From positions 21,074-68,496 of the forward strand of contig CAZIRI010000002.1 of the NCBI GenBank assembly GCA_964541815.1: a stretch of 47,423 nt of DNA, read 5' to 3'. The stretch comes from an uncultured Lachnospiraceae bacterium (lineage in GTDB: Bacteria > Bacillota > Clostridia > Christensenellales > UBA1242). A program made the position numbers and the translations under genes. Below are positions 7,615 through 17,149 of this stretch, piece by piece (positions within the stretch are counted from its first letter, which is position 1; each line of letters opens with the position of its first letter). Under the pieces are notes generated by a model. The model was not told where the DNA came from and did no database searches. It saw nothing but the letters and a program-made list of their open reading frames with translations.

Positions 7615-10425
7615 TTAGAGCATCTTTTTCAAAAATTGCCCCGTATAACTCTCTTTCACTTTTGCAACTTGCTCTGGTGTGCCTGTTGCAACAATCGTGC
7701 CACCCTCATCACCTCCCTCGGGTCCAATGTCAATGATGTAATCAGCACACTTTATCACATCAAGATTGTGTTCAATCACAACAACTGAATTGTTGTTGTC
7801 AACCAATCTTTGCAAAATCGCAATCAATTTTTTGACATCATACATATGCAATCCCGTTGTAGGTTCATCAAGAATATAAATTGTTTTTCCCGTGCCTTTT
7901 CGGGCAAGTTCAGTCGCAAGTTTCACTCTTTGTGCCTCACCACCAGAAAGAGTCGTTGCTGGCTGTCCCAGTTTCATATATGACAATCCAACATCATAAA
8001 GTGCTTGCAATTTCGCTTTGATTTGTGGGATATTTTCAAAGAATGGCAACGCTTCTTCCACTGTCATATTCAAAACATCGCCGATATTTTTCCCTTTGTA
8101 TTTCACTTCCAAAGTTTCACGATTATATCGTTTCCCCTTGCACACTTCACATGAAACAGTTATATCGGGCAAGAAATACATTTCAATCTCACGAACACCT
8201 GCACCCTCACAAGTTTCACAGCGACCACCCTTCACATTGAAAGAGAATCTCCCTGAGTCAAAACCCTTTGCTTTCGCTTCTGGGGTTTGAGCAAAAAGTT
8301 CTCTTATATTTGTGAAAACTCCCGTGTAAGTGGCAGGATTGCTTCGTGGAGTTTTTCCAATTGGTGCCTGGTCAATACTTATCACCTTGTCCAAAATGCC
8401 TATGTTTTTTATCTCCTTAAATTTGCCAAGTTCCAACTTGCTGTTGTTCAATTCGTTTGACAAATAAGGGAAAAGGACACGATTTATAAGGCTTGATTTT
8501 CCGCTCCCAGACACACCTGTGACAAGCGTCAAAACCCCAGTTGGAATTTTCACAGTCACATTTTTCAAATTGTTTTCCTTTGCGCCAACAATTTCAATAT
8601 AATCTTTTGGCACTCTTCTTGTTTTTGGCATTTCAATTTTTTCATCGCCACGCAAGAATTTCGCCGTGATTGATTTGTCGCTTTTCATAACCTCATCAAC
8701 CGTTCCGCAAGCAACAATTTCTCCGCCATGCGCACCCGCAAATGGTCCAACATCAACCAAATAATCCGCTGAACGAATCGTGTCTTCGTCATGTTCAACA
8801 ACAATCAAGGTGTTCCCAAGATTTTTCAGTTTTTTGAGTGTGTTCAACAACTTTTCATTGTCTCTTTGATGCAATCCAATTGACGGCTCATCCAAAATGT
8901 AAAGCACTCCAACAAGTCCGCTTCCTATTTGCGTCGCAAGTCGAATTCTTTGTGACTCACCACCAGAAAGAGTTTCCGCTGAACGATTTAGTGTCAAATA
9001 TGACAAGCCGACATCTTGCAAAAAAGTCAACCTTGCCAAAACTTCTTTCAAAATTGGCTCTGCAATTTGACTTTCAAGTTTTGTAAGTTTCAGATTTGAG
9101 AAAATTGGAATCAAATTTTTGACGCTTTGTGAACAATAATCTTCAATGTCCTTTCCGTTGATTTTCACTGACAAAGCGGATTCGTTCAATCTTTTTCCAT
9201 GGCATTCACGACAAACCTGCTCTTTCATAAACTTTCCAATTTCAATTTTCACAAATTCACTTGTTGTTTCATTGTATCTTCTGCGAAGATTGTTGATTAT
9301 CCCCTCAAAATTTGTGTTTTTCGACCTTTTCCCCGCATCCGTTTCAATGTTGACACCAATCTTGTCATCACCCGTTCCATAGAGCAAAATTTTTAATTGC
9401 TCCTTTGGCAATTTTTTGACAGGGATGTCCAAATCAATGTTATACATCTTTGAAAGCGAAAGAAAATACGCTCTCGCCATTGCACCCTTGTCCATTTTCC
9501 AACCAGTCAACTCAAATGCACCCTCGTTTATAGACAAATGCGAATCTCTCAAAACAAGGTCTTCATCAATATCCGTTGTATAACCAATTCCCGTGCAATT
9601 TGGACATGCTCCATATGGTGCATTAAAGGAGAAAAGTCGTGGAGTGATTTCTTCAAGAGTCCAGCCACATTCAGGGCAAGCATAATTCGTTGAAAACAAC
9701 TCTCTTTTGTCATCAATGGCAATGCTCACAAGTCCGTCCGCAAGTTTCAATGCCGTTTCAACACTTTCAGAAAGACGCCCATCCTTTCCGTCCTTTAAGA
9801 CAATTCTGTCCACAACAACATTGATGTTGTGTTTTATGTTTTTGTCAAGTGTGATTGGGTCGTCAAGCATAAAAATCTCACCGTCAATCTCAACACGAAC
9901 ATATCCGCTTTTTTTGAGTGAATCTAACAATTTCTCGTGTCTACCTTTCTGCCCACGCACAACGGGAGCCATGACTGTCACCTTTGCCCCGTCCCCAAAC
10001 TCCTTGACGGCATCGACAATTTGGTCAATTGATTGCTGTTTCACAATCTTGTTGCAATGCGGGCAATATGGTGTCCCAATTCTCGCAAAAAGCAGTCTAA
10101 TATAATCATATATCTCTGTGACTGTTCCAACAGTTGACCGTGGATTGTGATTTGTTGTTTTTTGGTCTATTGAAATTGCTGGAGAAAGACCCTCAATTGA
10201 TTCAACATCTGGCTTTTGAGCGTTTCCCAAAAACATTCTCGCATAAGAACTCAAACTTTCAATATATCTTCTTTGCCCTTCCGCAAAAATCGTCCCAAAT
10301 GCAAGGGAGGACTTTCCCGAGCCACTCACACCCGTGAAAACAACAAATTTATCTCTTGGAATAGTCAAATTGACATTTTTTAGGTTGTTTTCTTTTGCAC
10401 CTCTAATCACAATTTTGTCTAACAT
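7615..10425 (-). CDS. uvrA: Excinuclease ABC subunit A
   Basis: IVIRGAKENNLKN, two Walker A motifs (GVSGSGKSS), two LSGGE signatures, Zn-finger CxxC pairs. Start moved to ATG 10425 (SD GGAG). Confidence 0.99.
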   Translation of the reverse strand: MLDKIVIRGAKENNLKNVNLTIPRDKFVVFTGVSGSGKSSLAFGTIFAEGQRRYIESLSSYARMFLGNAQKPDVESIEGLSPAISIDQKTTNHNPRSTVGTVTEIYDYIRLLFARIGTPYCPHCNKIVKQQSIDQIVDAVKEFGDGAKVTVMAPVVRGQKGRHEKLLDSLKKSGYVRVEIDGEIFMLDDPITLDKNIKHNINVVVDRIVLKDGKDGRLSESVETALKLADGLVSIAIDDKRELFSTNYACPECGWTLEEITPRLFSFNAPYGACPNCTGIGYTTDIDEDLVLRDSHLSINEGAFELTGWKMDKGAMARAYFLSLSKMYNIDLDIPVKKLPKEQLKILLYGTGDDKIGVNIETDAGKRSKNTNFEGIINNLRRRYNETTSEFVKIEIGKFMKEQVCRECHGKRLNESALSVKINGKDIEDYCSQSVKNLIPIFSNLKLTKLESQIAEPILKEVLARLTFLQDVGLSYLTLNRSAETLSGGESQRIRLATQIGSGLVGVLYILDEPSIGLHQRDNEKLLNTLKKLKNLGNTLIVVEHDEDTIRSADYLVDVGPFAGAHGGEIVACGTVDEVMKSDKSITAKFLRGDEKIEMPKTRRVPKDYIEIVGAKENNLKNVTVKIPTGVLTLVTGVSGSGKSSLINRVLFPYLSNELNNSKLELGKFKEIKNIGILDKVISIDQAPIGKTPRSNPATYTGVFTNIRELFAQTPEAKAKGFDSGRFSFNVKGGRCETCEGAGVREIEMYFLPDITVSCEVCKGKRYNRETLEVKYKGKNIGDVLNMTVEEALPFFENIPQIKAKLQALYDVGLSYMKLGQPATTLSGGEAQRVKLATELARKGTGKTIYILDEPTTGLHMYDVKKLIAILQRLVDNNNSVVVIEHNLDVIKCADYIIDIGPEGGDEGGTIVATGTPEQVAKVKESYTGQFLKKML

Positions 10426-10453
10426 TTTCACATCTCCATAAAATCTATATAGA

Positions 10454-10462
10454 ATTATATCA
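10454..10462 (-). promoter_or_regulatory. Extended -10 promoter of uvrA
   Basis: Minus strand TG-A-TATAAT, 28 nt upstream of the ATG. Confidence 0.7.
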
Positions 10463-10491
10463 CATTTTTCAAAAAAAGTTAACAATCTTAA

Positions 10492-10521
10492 AAGAAAAAA
10501 CGACTTTCGCCGTTTTTTCTT
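10492..10521 (-). terminator. Intrinsic terminator after the 911 aa lipoprotein gene
   Basis: Minus strand AAGAAAAAACGGC-GAAA-GTCGTTTTTTCTT; GNRA loop and U-tract. Confidence 0.85.
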
Positions 10522-10529
10522 GAATTTTG

Positions 10530-13265
10530 TTAAGCAATATCTATTTCAACTTTTGTCCAGCAATCTTCTTCATCTGGTGGAGTTTCAATTGTTCTTTCCG
10601 TGTTGTAAACTACATTGACAACACATGTTTTCATTGTTGATTCTGTGCTATTGGTTGTTGTCACTGAAACAATTTCCCAATTTGAACTCACAACAATCAC
10701 ATATCCACTTGCACATATTACAAATTGCTTTTCTTTGCTGTTGTATGCCCAACTCAAATTTTCGCTGTCGTTGAGTGCATCCAAATATTCCTCAAAATAA
10801 TATACTCTCATGTCACCAACATTTTTTTCTTCGCTTTCAAGATAGTATTTATTATTTTTAGATGATATTGTATTTATACCACTCTCTGTCTTTACGCACC
10901 ATTCTTTATCTGTGACATTATATTCAACATTTGCACTCGCAACTCTTATCTTGCCATTTTCGTCAACCCAAGAGATTTCTTCTGTGTTAGTCAATTTTTC
11001 TGTCACTTTGTTGCATACATAACCGCCAAAGTCTGTCAAATCAACTTTTGGCAATGTTGGAGCCACTTTCATTGCTGTTTCATCATATGAAACTTTTATT
11101 GTTGTGATCTCAATATCTCCATCTATGATAACACTTGTGACTACTTCCTTTATCTCCCAATTATCAGTTGAGATTTCAACTGTTGTATCTCCTGATTTAT
11201 CAATTATTGTCAAAAGTTTTTCGTCAATATCACAAATCCATGAATATTCACTTGACAAATTATCTGTAATTATTTTTTGCTTGAACAAATATTCTTTCAT
11301 ATTGTCTGGCGCGTTTTTGTCTATTTGCTTAACATAGCAGTAATCACCCTTCGCATCAATGGCATTCACAACACCATCGTTTAACACATACCACAGGTTT
11401 GCATCTGAAAAATAGATTGTCGTGCTATTTGCTATTACTTTATCCTCACCATCCGCCAAAGAGAAATTAGGTGCATTTTTTACTGCATTTTTTGCCTTTG
11501 TGATAAAGTCGTCATTTTTGAATGGAATTTCTGGGATTGCAAACTTTTCATTATCATATGTGTATACATAGTTAAGACTGTCTTTATTTCCCAACAATTT
11601 CTCATCACTAACATCTTTTGATATGATTTCCCATGTGTTCATATCAATCACAAGAGTTCCAATAACAGTTTCTTCATCAGTATATTTGTAGATTATATTA
11701 CTTGTCCCATCCTCCAACTCTACTGACCAATCATCTAAACTATAAATCGAAAGTTTACAAGAAACAATTCTCCAGTTTGTTGTGTCAATTACAACAGTTC
11801 CAGTATATAGACTTGTTCCATCATCTTTTCTCTCAACCACAAGTTCATGATTTTGTTCGCTATAAGATACATATGAATATTTATCAAAAGAATAAACAGC
11901 ATCATAATTTTTAAGCAAATCATTCACAGTTTCGTAATTATCATAATACAAACTGCCATCCACAAATTTATAAAAATCTGTTCCAACTGCCCATGCTTTA
12001 TATGCTTCAGTCCATTCCGCATATTGTGTTGACGCATCTTTTTGTATCAATGTGTTTGTGACTTTTCCTTTCGAATCAGTCTCAGTTGCTTTCAATGTGA
12101 GATTTGAATAATTTTCCATTCCAGCAGTCACTTTTTCTTGCAAAATTGTTTGCCAGCCATTTTGAGTGAAATCGATGCCTGTTGAGTTTCCTGAAAGATA
12201 CCAATTTGTATCTTCTGGAATTTCTGGAACACTGTAAGAATCATTATCATAAGATATTGTGACAGTTTTGCCTGTCTTTTTGTCGTTGTATCCCAAAATT
12301 TGCCAATTGTCTCTGTCAATATAAATTTCGACATCAACATCAGAACCATTCTTCAAAGTCATAACAAATGTGCCATTTTCAACACTTGCTTTATATTCTA
12401 CTTTATCTTTTGCATAGTTCTTCTTGATATTTTGAATAAATGTCTTCACTCCGTCACGATCTTTGACACCCTCAAATTTTGTAGGGATATCCCCATTTAT
12501 TTCATATCTAACTATTCCGTCTGCTTCGTTGACTGTCCATGATTGGAATCCAGTCATTTCTTTGTATACTTTGTCATTGTCAACATATTTCTTTATTGAA
12601 CCGTCAGAAATAACAACATTTTTCACTTTCGCATCATTGCACTTTTCAATCACATAGTCAAAATATGCTTTCTCACTCAAAACTTCAACAGTGACAGTAT
12701 ATTCAAAGTCTCTATATTTGATTTTGACATTTTGTTCTCCAACTGTCTTGTTGTCAAAATCTGTGCATTTGCATTCGCTCAAAACATCTTCTTTCCCAAC
12801 AATAAACTCAACCCCGTCAGACAATTCTTGTCCCACGCAAATTTTGTTTGTTGTCACAGGTTGTGATGTGATTGGTTCTCCCTCATTGACTTTCACAATG
12901 TAAGAACCTGTTTTTTCATCCCCAAGTTTGTTTTTGTATGTCACATAAATTTTGTAGCCACTCTTCTCGCCACTTGCTTGTGTGAACACTTTGTCTTCAT
13001 CAAGATTTGCTTCACTAAAATTGAATGTGTATCCTGAATCAACCAAAACCTTTGTTTCTTCATAGACAGCATAAACCTTCAACCCCGTTGCATCAAAAGT
13101 GTCGCCAACAGCGAATTCGGTTTTTGCCTCTTTTGAATCAATTTCAACGCCAACCAACTTGCTTTCTTCTTCCACATCAGATTTTGTTTCACAACCTGCT
13201 GAAAGTCCACAGATTGGCAAACACATAACAAGAGCCATGGCGAAAATAAAAAATTTCTTTCTCAT
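10530..13265 (-). CDS. 911 aa lipoprotein: two bacterial Ig-like domains followed by four divergent repeats of about 150-230 aa (LolA/LppX-like pattern)
   Basis: Lipobox LSAG-C; Ig-like KTEFAVGDTFDATGLKVYAVY and FDNKTVGEQNVKIKY; recurring [VI]xI[DS]xxNW[EQR]I and [SY]Y[DN]...Px[IL]P motifs; SD AAGGAG. Confidence 0.8.
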   Translation of the reverse strand: MRKKFFIFAMALVMCLPICGLSAGCETKSDVEEESKLVGVEIDSKEAKTEFAVGDTFDATGLKVYAVYEETKVLVDSGYTFNFSEANLDEDKVFTQASGEKSGYKIYVTYKNKLGDEKTGSYIVKVNEGEPITSQPVTTNKICVGQELSDGVEFIVGKEDVLSECKCTDFDNKTVGEQNVKIKYRDFEYTVTVEVLSEKAYFDYVIEKCNDAKVKNVVISDGSIKKYVDNDKVYKEMTGFQSWTVNEADGIVRYEINGDIPTKFEGVKDRDGVKTFIQNIKKNYAKDKVEYKASVENGTFVMTLKNGSDVDVEIYIDRDNWQILGYNDKKTGKTVTISYDNDSYSVPEIPEDTNWYLSGNSTGIDFTQNGWQTILQEKVTAGMENYSNLTLKATETDSKGKVTNTLIQKDASTQYAEWTEAYKAWAVGTDFYKFVDGSLYYDNYETVNDLLKNYDAVYSFDKYSYVSYSEQNHELVVERKDDGTSLYTGTVVIDTTNWRIVSCKLSIYSLDDWSVELEDGTSNIIYKYTDEETVIGTLVIDMNTWEIISKDVSDEKLLGNKDSLNYVYTYDNEKFAIPEIPFKNDDFITKAKNAVKNAPNFSLADGEDKVIANSTTIYFSDANLWYVLNDGVVNAIDAKGDYCYVKQIDKNAPDNMKEYLFKQKIITDNLSSEYSWICDIDEKLLTIIDKSGDTTVEISTDNWEIKEVVTSVIIDGDIEITTIKVSYDETAMKVAPTLPKVDLTDFGGYVCNKVTEKLTNTEEISWVDENGKIRVASANVEYNVTDKEWCVKTESGINTISSKNNKYYLESEEKNVGDMRVYYFEEYLDALNDSENLSWAYNSKEKQFVICASGYVIVVSSNWEIVSVTTTNSTESTMKTCVVNVVYNTERTIETPPDEEDCWTKVEIDIA

Positions 13266-13290
13266 ATCTCTTCTCCTTTTATTTACCCTA

Positions 13291-13319
13291 ATTATATCTC
13301 ATATTGCCCCTCTTGTCAA
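13291..13319 (-). promoter_or_regulatory. Perfect-consensus SigA promoter for the 911 aa lipoprotein
   Basis: TTGACA (13319-13314), 17 bp, TATAAT (13296-13291). Confidence 0.9.
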
Positions 13320-13463
13320 TACCAAATTTTCAAAAAATTGGTGCTTTTTCTTAAAAAAAATGCGAAATTTGCATATTTTTCTTGAAATAGTGTCAAAAAT
13401 GCAGATTATTGATATAATAACTATATTAAATGAAATGCCTTTATATTCATATCAAAAAAAAGA

Positions 13464-13492
13464 AAAACTTGACACATTATATATCAAGTTTT
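13464..13492 (-). terminator. Intrinsic terminator overlapping the uvrB stop codon
   Basis: AAAACTTGA...TCAAGTTTT 9 bp stem followed by TCTTTTTTTT on the minus strand. Confidence 0.7.
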
Positions 13493-15453
13493 CCACTCTT
13501 TTTGTCCAACTTTTTCTTTAACACAGCAATCTTATTTCGAAGTTCAATTGCCCTCTCAAAATCAAGTTGATTTGATGCGATTTTCATCATTGATTTCAAT
13601 CTCTCTATTTCTGCGGGGATATTTTTCTTTGAAAGTTCCTCTTCTTCAACTTTTTTGCTTATATCAAGGGTGTTTTTCACCTCTTTGATAATAGTCTTTG
13701 GAATTATTCCATGTTCCTTGTTAAATTTCTCCTGAATCGCTCTTCTTCTCGATGTTTCATCGATTGCTTTTTGCATGGATTTTGTGATATTGTCGGCAAA
13801 CATTATCACTCTTCCATTTTCATTTCTCGCAACACGCCCTATTGTTTGAATAAGAGCCCCTTCACTTCGCAAAAAGCCTTCTTTGTCTGCGTCAAGGATG
13901 CAACAAAGTTCAACTTCTGGCATATCCAGTCCCTCACGAAGCAAATTTATTCCAACAAGGATATCAAACTCGCCTTGCCTAAGCCCGTTGATAATCTCAA
14001 CTCTTTCCATTGTGTCAATTTCGGAATGAAGATATTTGACTTTGAATTCCCTATCCGACAAATATGTCGTCAAACTCTCCGCCATTTTCTTTGTGAGTGT
14101 CGTCACAAGCACCCTCGCCCCACGGTCAATCGTCTTTTTGCATTCTTGCATCAAAACTTCAATTTGATTTTTGATTGGCAAAACTTCAATAATTGGGTCA
14201 AGCAGTCCTGTTGGTCTTATCACCTGTTCAACAACTTGTCCAGCCCGTTCAAGCTCATAACTGCCTGGTGTTGCGGAAACATATATTGTTTGTTTTAATT
14301 TTTTTTCAAATTCTTCAAATTTAAGCGGTCTGTTGTCCCTTGCCGCTTCAAGTCGAAAACCGAAATCAATAAGTGGAGTTTTTCTTGCTCGGTCACCATT
14401 ATACATTGCTCGCACTTGTGGCAAAGTCATGTGACTTTCGTCAATAATTGTCAAAAAGTCGTTTGGAAAATAATCAATCAATGTGTAAGGTGCTTCGCCT
14501 GCTTTTCGTCCGTCAAAGTAGCGGGAATAATTTTCAATCCCACTGCAATATCCAACTTCTTTCATCATTTCAATGTCATAAGCAACTCTCTGCCCAATTC
14601 TTTCCGCTTCAAGAGGTTTGTTTTGCTCTTCAAATTGCTTTATCGCCTTTTCTCTGTCCGCCGAAATATTTTCAATTGCCCCGTTCAAAGTGTTTCGCCC
14701 AACCGCATATTGTGTTGCGGGATATATCGATGCATATTGCAACTCGTTTATCATATTCCCCGTCAACGGGTCAAATTCGAAGATTTTTTCAATTTCATCT
14801 CCGAAAAATCGAACTCGAAGAGCCATTTCAGACTGGCTTGCAGGAAAAATATCAATTGTGTCACCCTTGACACGAAAGGTTGTTCTTTTGAAATCAATAT
14901 CATTTCTTGTGTATTGAATCGCAATCAAGTGATTTATAAGGTCATCTCTGTCAACTTCCTCGCCCTCACGCAAGGAAATGTGCAAATTTCTGTATTCTTC
15001 GGGGCTTCCCAAGCCATAAATACACGAAACGGACGCAACAACAATGGTGTCACGGCGTTCAAGAAGGGAAGATGTCGCTGACGAACGCAATTTGTCGATA
15101 TCCTCATTGACACTCATATCTTTTTCAATGTATGTGTCAGTCGAAACGATATATGCCTCGGGCTGATAGTAGTCATAATAAGAAACAAAATATTCAACTC
15201 TATTTTCGGGAAAAAATTCTCGAAATTCATTGCACAGTTGTGCTGCCAAGGTTTTGTTGTGAGCAATCACAAGTGTTGGCTTCTGCACCTTTTGAATTAT
15301 ATTTGCCATTGTGAAAGTTTTTCCCGAACCTGTCACCCCAAGCAAAACTTGGTCTTTGAGTCCGTCATTTATCCCTTCAACAAGTTTTTCAATTGCTTGT
15401 GGCTGGTCGCCCGCAGGCTTGTATTTTGAATGTAAAACAAATTTTTCTTCCAT
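13477..15453 (-). CDS. uvrB: Excinuclease ABC subunit B
   Basis: [44 protein letters not shown]-terminal UVR domain [13 protein letters not shown]. Confidence 0.99.
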   Translation of the reverse strand: MEEKFVLHSKYKPAGDQPQAIEKLVEGINDGLKDQVLLGVTGSGKTFTMANIIQKVQKPTLVIAHNKTLAAQLCNEFREFFPENRVEYFVSYYDYYQPEAYIVSTDTYIEKDMSVNEDIDKLRSSATSSLLERRDTIVVASVSCIYGLGSPEEYRNLHISLREGEEVDRDDLINHLIAIQYTRNDIDFKRTTFRVKGDTIDIFPASQSEMALRVRFFGDEIEKIFEFDPLTGNMINELQYASIYPATQYAVGRNTLNGAIENISADREKAIKQFEEQNKPLEAERIGQRVAYDIEMMKEVGYCSGIENYSRYFDGRKAGEAPYTLIDYFPNDFLTIIDESHMTLPQVRAMYNGDRARKTPLIDFGFRLEAARDNRPLKFEEFEKKLKQTIYVSATPGSYELERAGQVVEQVIRPTGLLDPIIEVLPIKNQIEVLMQECKKTIDRGARVLVTTLTKKMAESLTTYLSDREFKVKYLHSEIDTMERVEIINGLRQGEFDILVGINLLREGLDMPEVELCCILDADKEGFLRSEGALIQTIGRVARNENGRVIMFADNITKSMQKAIDETSRRRAIQEKFNKEHGIIPKTIIKEVKNTLDISKKVEEEELSKKNIPAEIERLKSMMKIASNQLDFERAIELRNKIAVLKKKLDKKSGKLDI

Positions 15454-15461
15454 AATAGTTT

Positions 15462-15470
15462 ATTATAGCA
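15462..15470 (-). promoter_or_regulatory. Extended -10 promoter giving a probably leaderless uvrB mRNA
   Basis: Minus strand TG-C-TATAAT, then 8 nt, then ATG; no SD. Confidence 0.65.
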
Positions 15471-15500
15471 CAAAAAAACGAATTTGAAAGCATATTCACA

Positions 15501-15860
15501 TCAATTTTTGAAAATTGCTTTCAAAAGAACACCAAAAACAAACGACACAGTCGCCAAAAAGCAACTGCGAAGCACAAGCATTCCAAAAACTTTGCGATTT
15601 TTCTTTGAATCTTCCAAAAAAGTTTGCCCTTTCTTTTTGAGATTCACACAATAAAAATATCCGTTTTTGCTTTGCGAAACAACAAATTCAATGTAATTCT
15701 CCTTTGACAGAACAAGCATAACTTCATCTATTTCATTGACCGACAAAACAAATTTTTTTGATAAACTTTGAGATATTTCTTGCGGTGCAATCAAATATGT
15801 TTTGTTTTTTTGACATTTCTTGCACAAAAAAATCAACACCAACTTTTCTTTTTTCGTCAT
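15501..15860 (-). CDS. Hypothetical winged-helix-like protein with C-terminal transmembrane helix
   Basis: MTKKEKLVLIFLCKKC...QEISQSL...VNEIDEVMLVLSKENYIEF...YCVNLKKKGQTFLE wHTH-like pattern, then hydrophobic VFGMLVLRSCFLATVSFVFGVLLKAIF; GGAG upstream. Confidence 0.7.
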   Translation of the reverse strand: MTKKEKLVLIFLCKKCQKNKTYLIAPQEISQSLSKKFVLSVNEIDEVMLVLSKENYIEFVVSQSKNGYFYCVNLKKKGQTFLEDSKKNRKVFGMLVLRSCFLATVSFVFGVLLKAIFKN

Positions 15861-15938
15861 ATAAACTAGTTTCTCCAAACACAAAAGAAAGATACAAATT
15901 GTCTTTATAGAAACGGCAATTTTGGCAAAAATATCAAT

Positions 15939-16313
15939 ATGATTGACTCAAAAAGCAAACTTATTCTCAATATTTTGTCAAAAAGTTGCAAGAATGGAAA
16001 TTATCAAGTGGTTGAACTTTGCGACATTCTCTCTGCACTGCCCAGACGACTGAAATTGAGTGGCGATGCCGTGCGACATGTTTTGACTTTTCTTGAAAGA
16101 CAAGATTTGATTTCCATTAAATATGAAGATGAGACAAAATTTTGTTTGGCACTACTGCCCTATGCATATGAAATTCTTGAAAATGACCAACAGCATTTTC
16201 TCACGAAGGAAAACAGAGTGAATTTCTCAACTGTCCTTTTGTCGTCAATATGTGCATTTATATCAACACTTTTCGCAATTTTGATTTGTTTCTTTTTGAT
16301 AAAATTTATATAA
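15939..16313 (+). CDS. Hypothetical winged-helix-like protein with C-terminal transmembrane helix, resembling its divergent neighbour
   Basis: SKSKLILNILSKSC...CDILSAL...GDAVRHVLTFLERQDLISI...FCLALLPYAYEILE, then hydrophobic VLLSSICAFISTLFAILICFFLIKFI. Confidence 0.7.
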   Translation: MIDSKSKLILNILSKSCKNGNYQVVELCDILSALPRRLKLSGDAVRHVLTFLERQDLISIKYEDETKFCLALLPYAYEILENDQQHFLTKENRVNFSTVLLSSICAFISTLFAILICFFLIKFI

Positions 16314-16315
16314 AC

Positions 16316-16344
16316 AAAAAAGACTTTATGTAAATAAAGCCTTT
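16316..16344 (-). terminator. Intrinsic terminator after radC
   Basis: Minus strand AAAGGCTTTAT-TTAC-ATAAAGTCTTT-TTT (one G-U pair). Confidence 0.7.
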
Positions 16345-16375
16345 CTTGAAGTGAAATTAAGATGAATGTGAAAAA

Positions 16376-17137
16376 TTATTTCATTGAAAAGATAGATTGA
16401 AGTTGTTCGATGTCACAATATGTTCTGACAAGTCTTTTTTCTCTTTGACTGAAAACTCCGTCTTCGCCAACAATATAAGAATCTATAAAATTGACTCCGC
16501 AAGTTTCGCAAAGATTTTTCACGATATCAAAAGCCGACCAATCGCTCTGTGATGGTGTTGCCTTGCCATAGGGATGACAATGTGCAATCACAAAGCCCAC
16601 AGGTTTTGATGTTGTAAGAAAGTTTGTAAGTTCCATAACTGAAATCCCAACTTGTCCAGAATTGTTCATTGTAAGTCTTCTTTTATGGGTGATAATATTT
16701 GCCGCACTTATCGCAAAAAGCAACATATTTTCAACCGTGCGAAAGCGGAGACAATCTTCCACAAGGTCGATGATATCTGCAACACGCTTCACGACCATTT
16801 TCTTTCCCATTTTGGAACTTGTGTAATAATAGAACAATTCTCCAAACATCTTGATTTTCTTTGCGGAACGCTCATTGATACCCTTCACAGACATCAGGTC
16901 ACAAATTTCCGCATCAATGATTTGTGTGAAGCACTCATATCTTTCAAGAAGTCGGTGAGCAAGCGGATTGACATCTCCACGAGGGAAAATGTAAGTCAAA
17001 AAATATTCAACAACTTGAATGTCGCTGACGTTGTCCACGCCAGCATTGACAATCAAATCAACAAGTCTTTCTCTATGCCCCTCATGTATGTTTTTCTCTT
17101 TTTTCACCGTTTTTTCTTTTTCATCTTTTGTTTTCAC
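16376..17137 (-). CDS. radC: RadC (UPF0758) protein with JAB/MPN domain
   Basis: N-terminal EGHRERL, HhH-like LMSVKGI, JAB motif AHCHPYGKATPSQSDW; GTG start with SD AAGGAG, 12 bp after the giant gene stop. Confidence 0.9.
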   Translation of the reverse strand: MKTKDEKEKTVKKEKNIHEGHRERLVDLIVNAGVDNVSDIQVVEYFLTYIFPRGDVNPLAHRLLERYECFTQIIDAEICDLMSVKGINERSAKKIKMFGELFYYYTSSKMGKKMVVKRVADIIDLVEDCLRFRTVENMLLFAISAANIITHKRRLTMNNSGQVGISVMELTNFLTTSKPVGFVIAHCHPYGKATPSQSDWSAFDIVKNLCETCGVNFIDSYIVGEDGVFSQREKRLVRTYCDIEQLQSIFSMK

Positions 17138-17149
17138 TTTTATCTCCTT

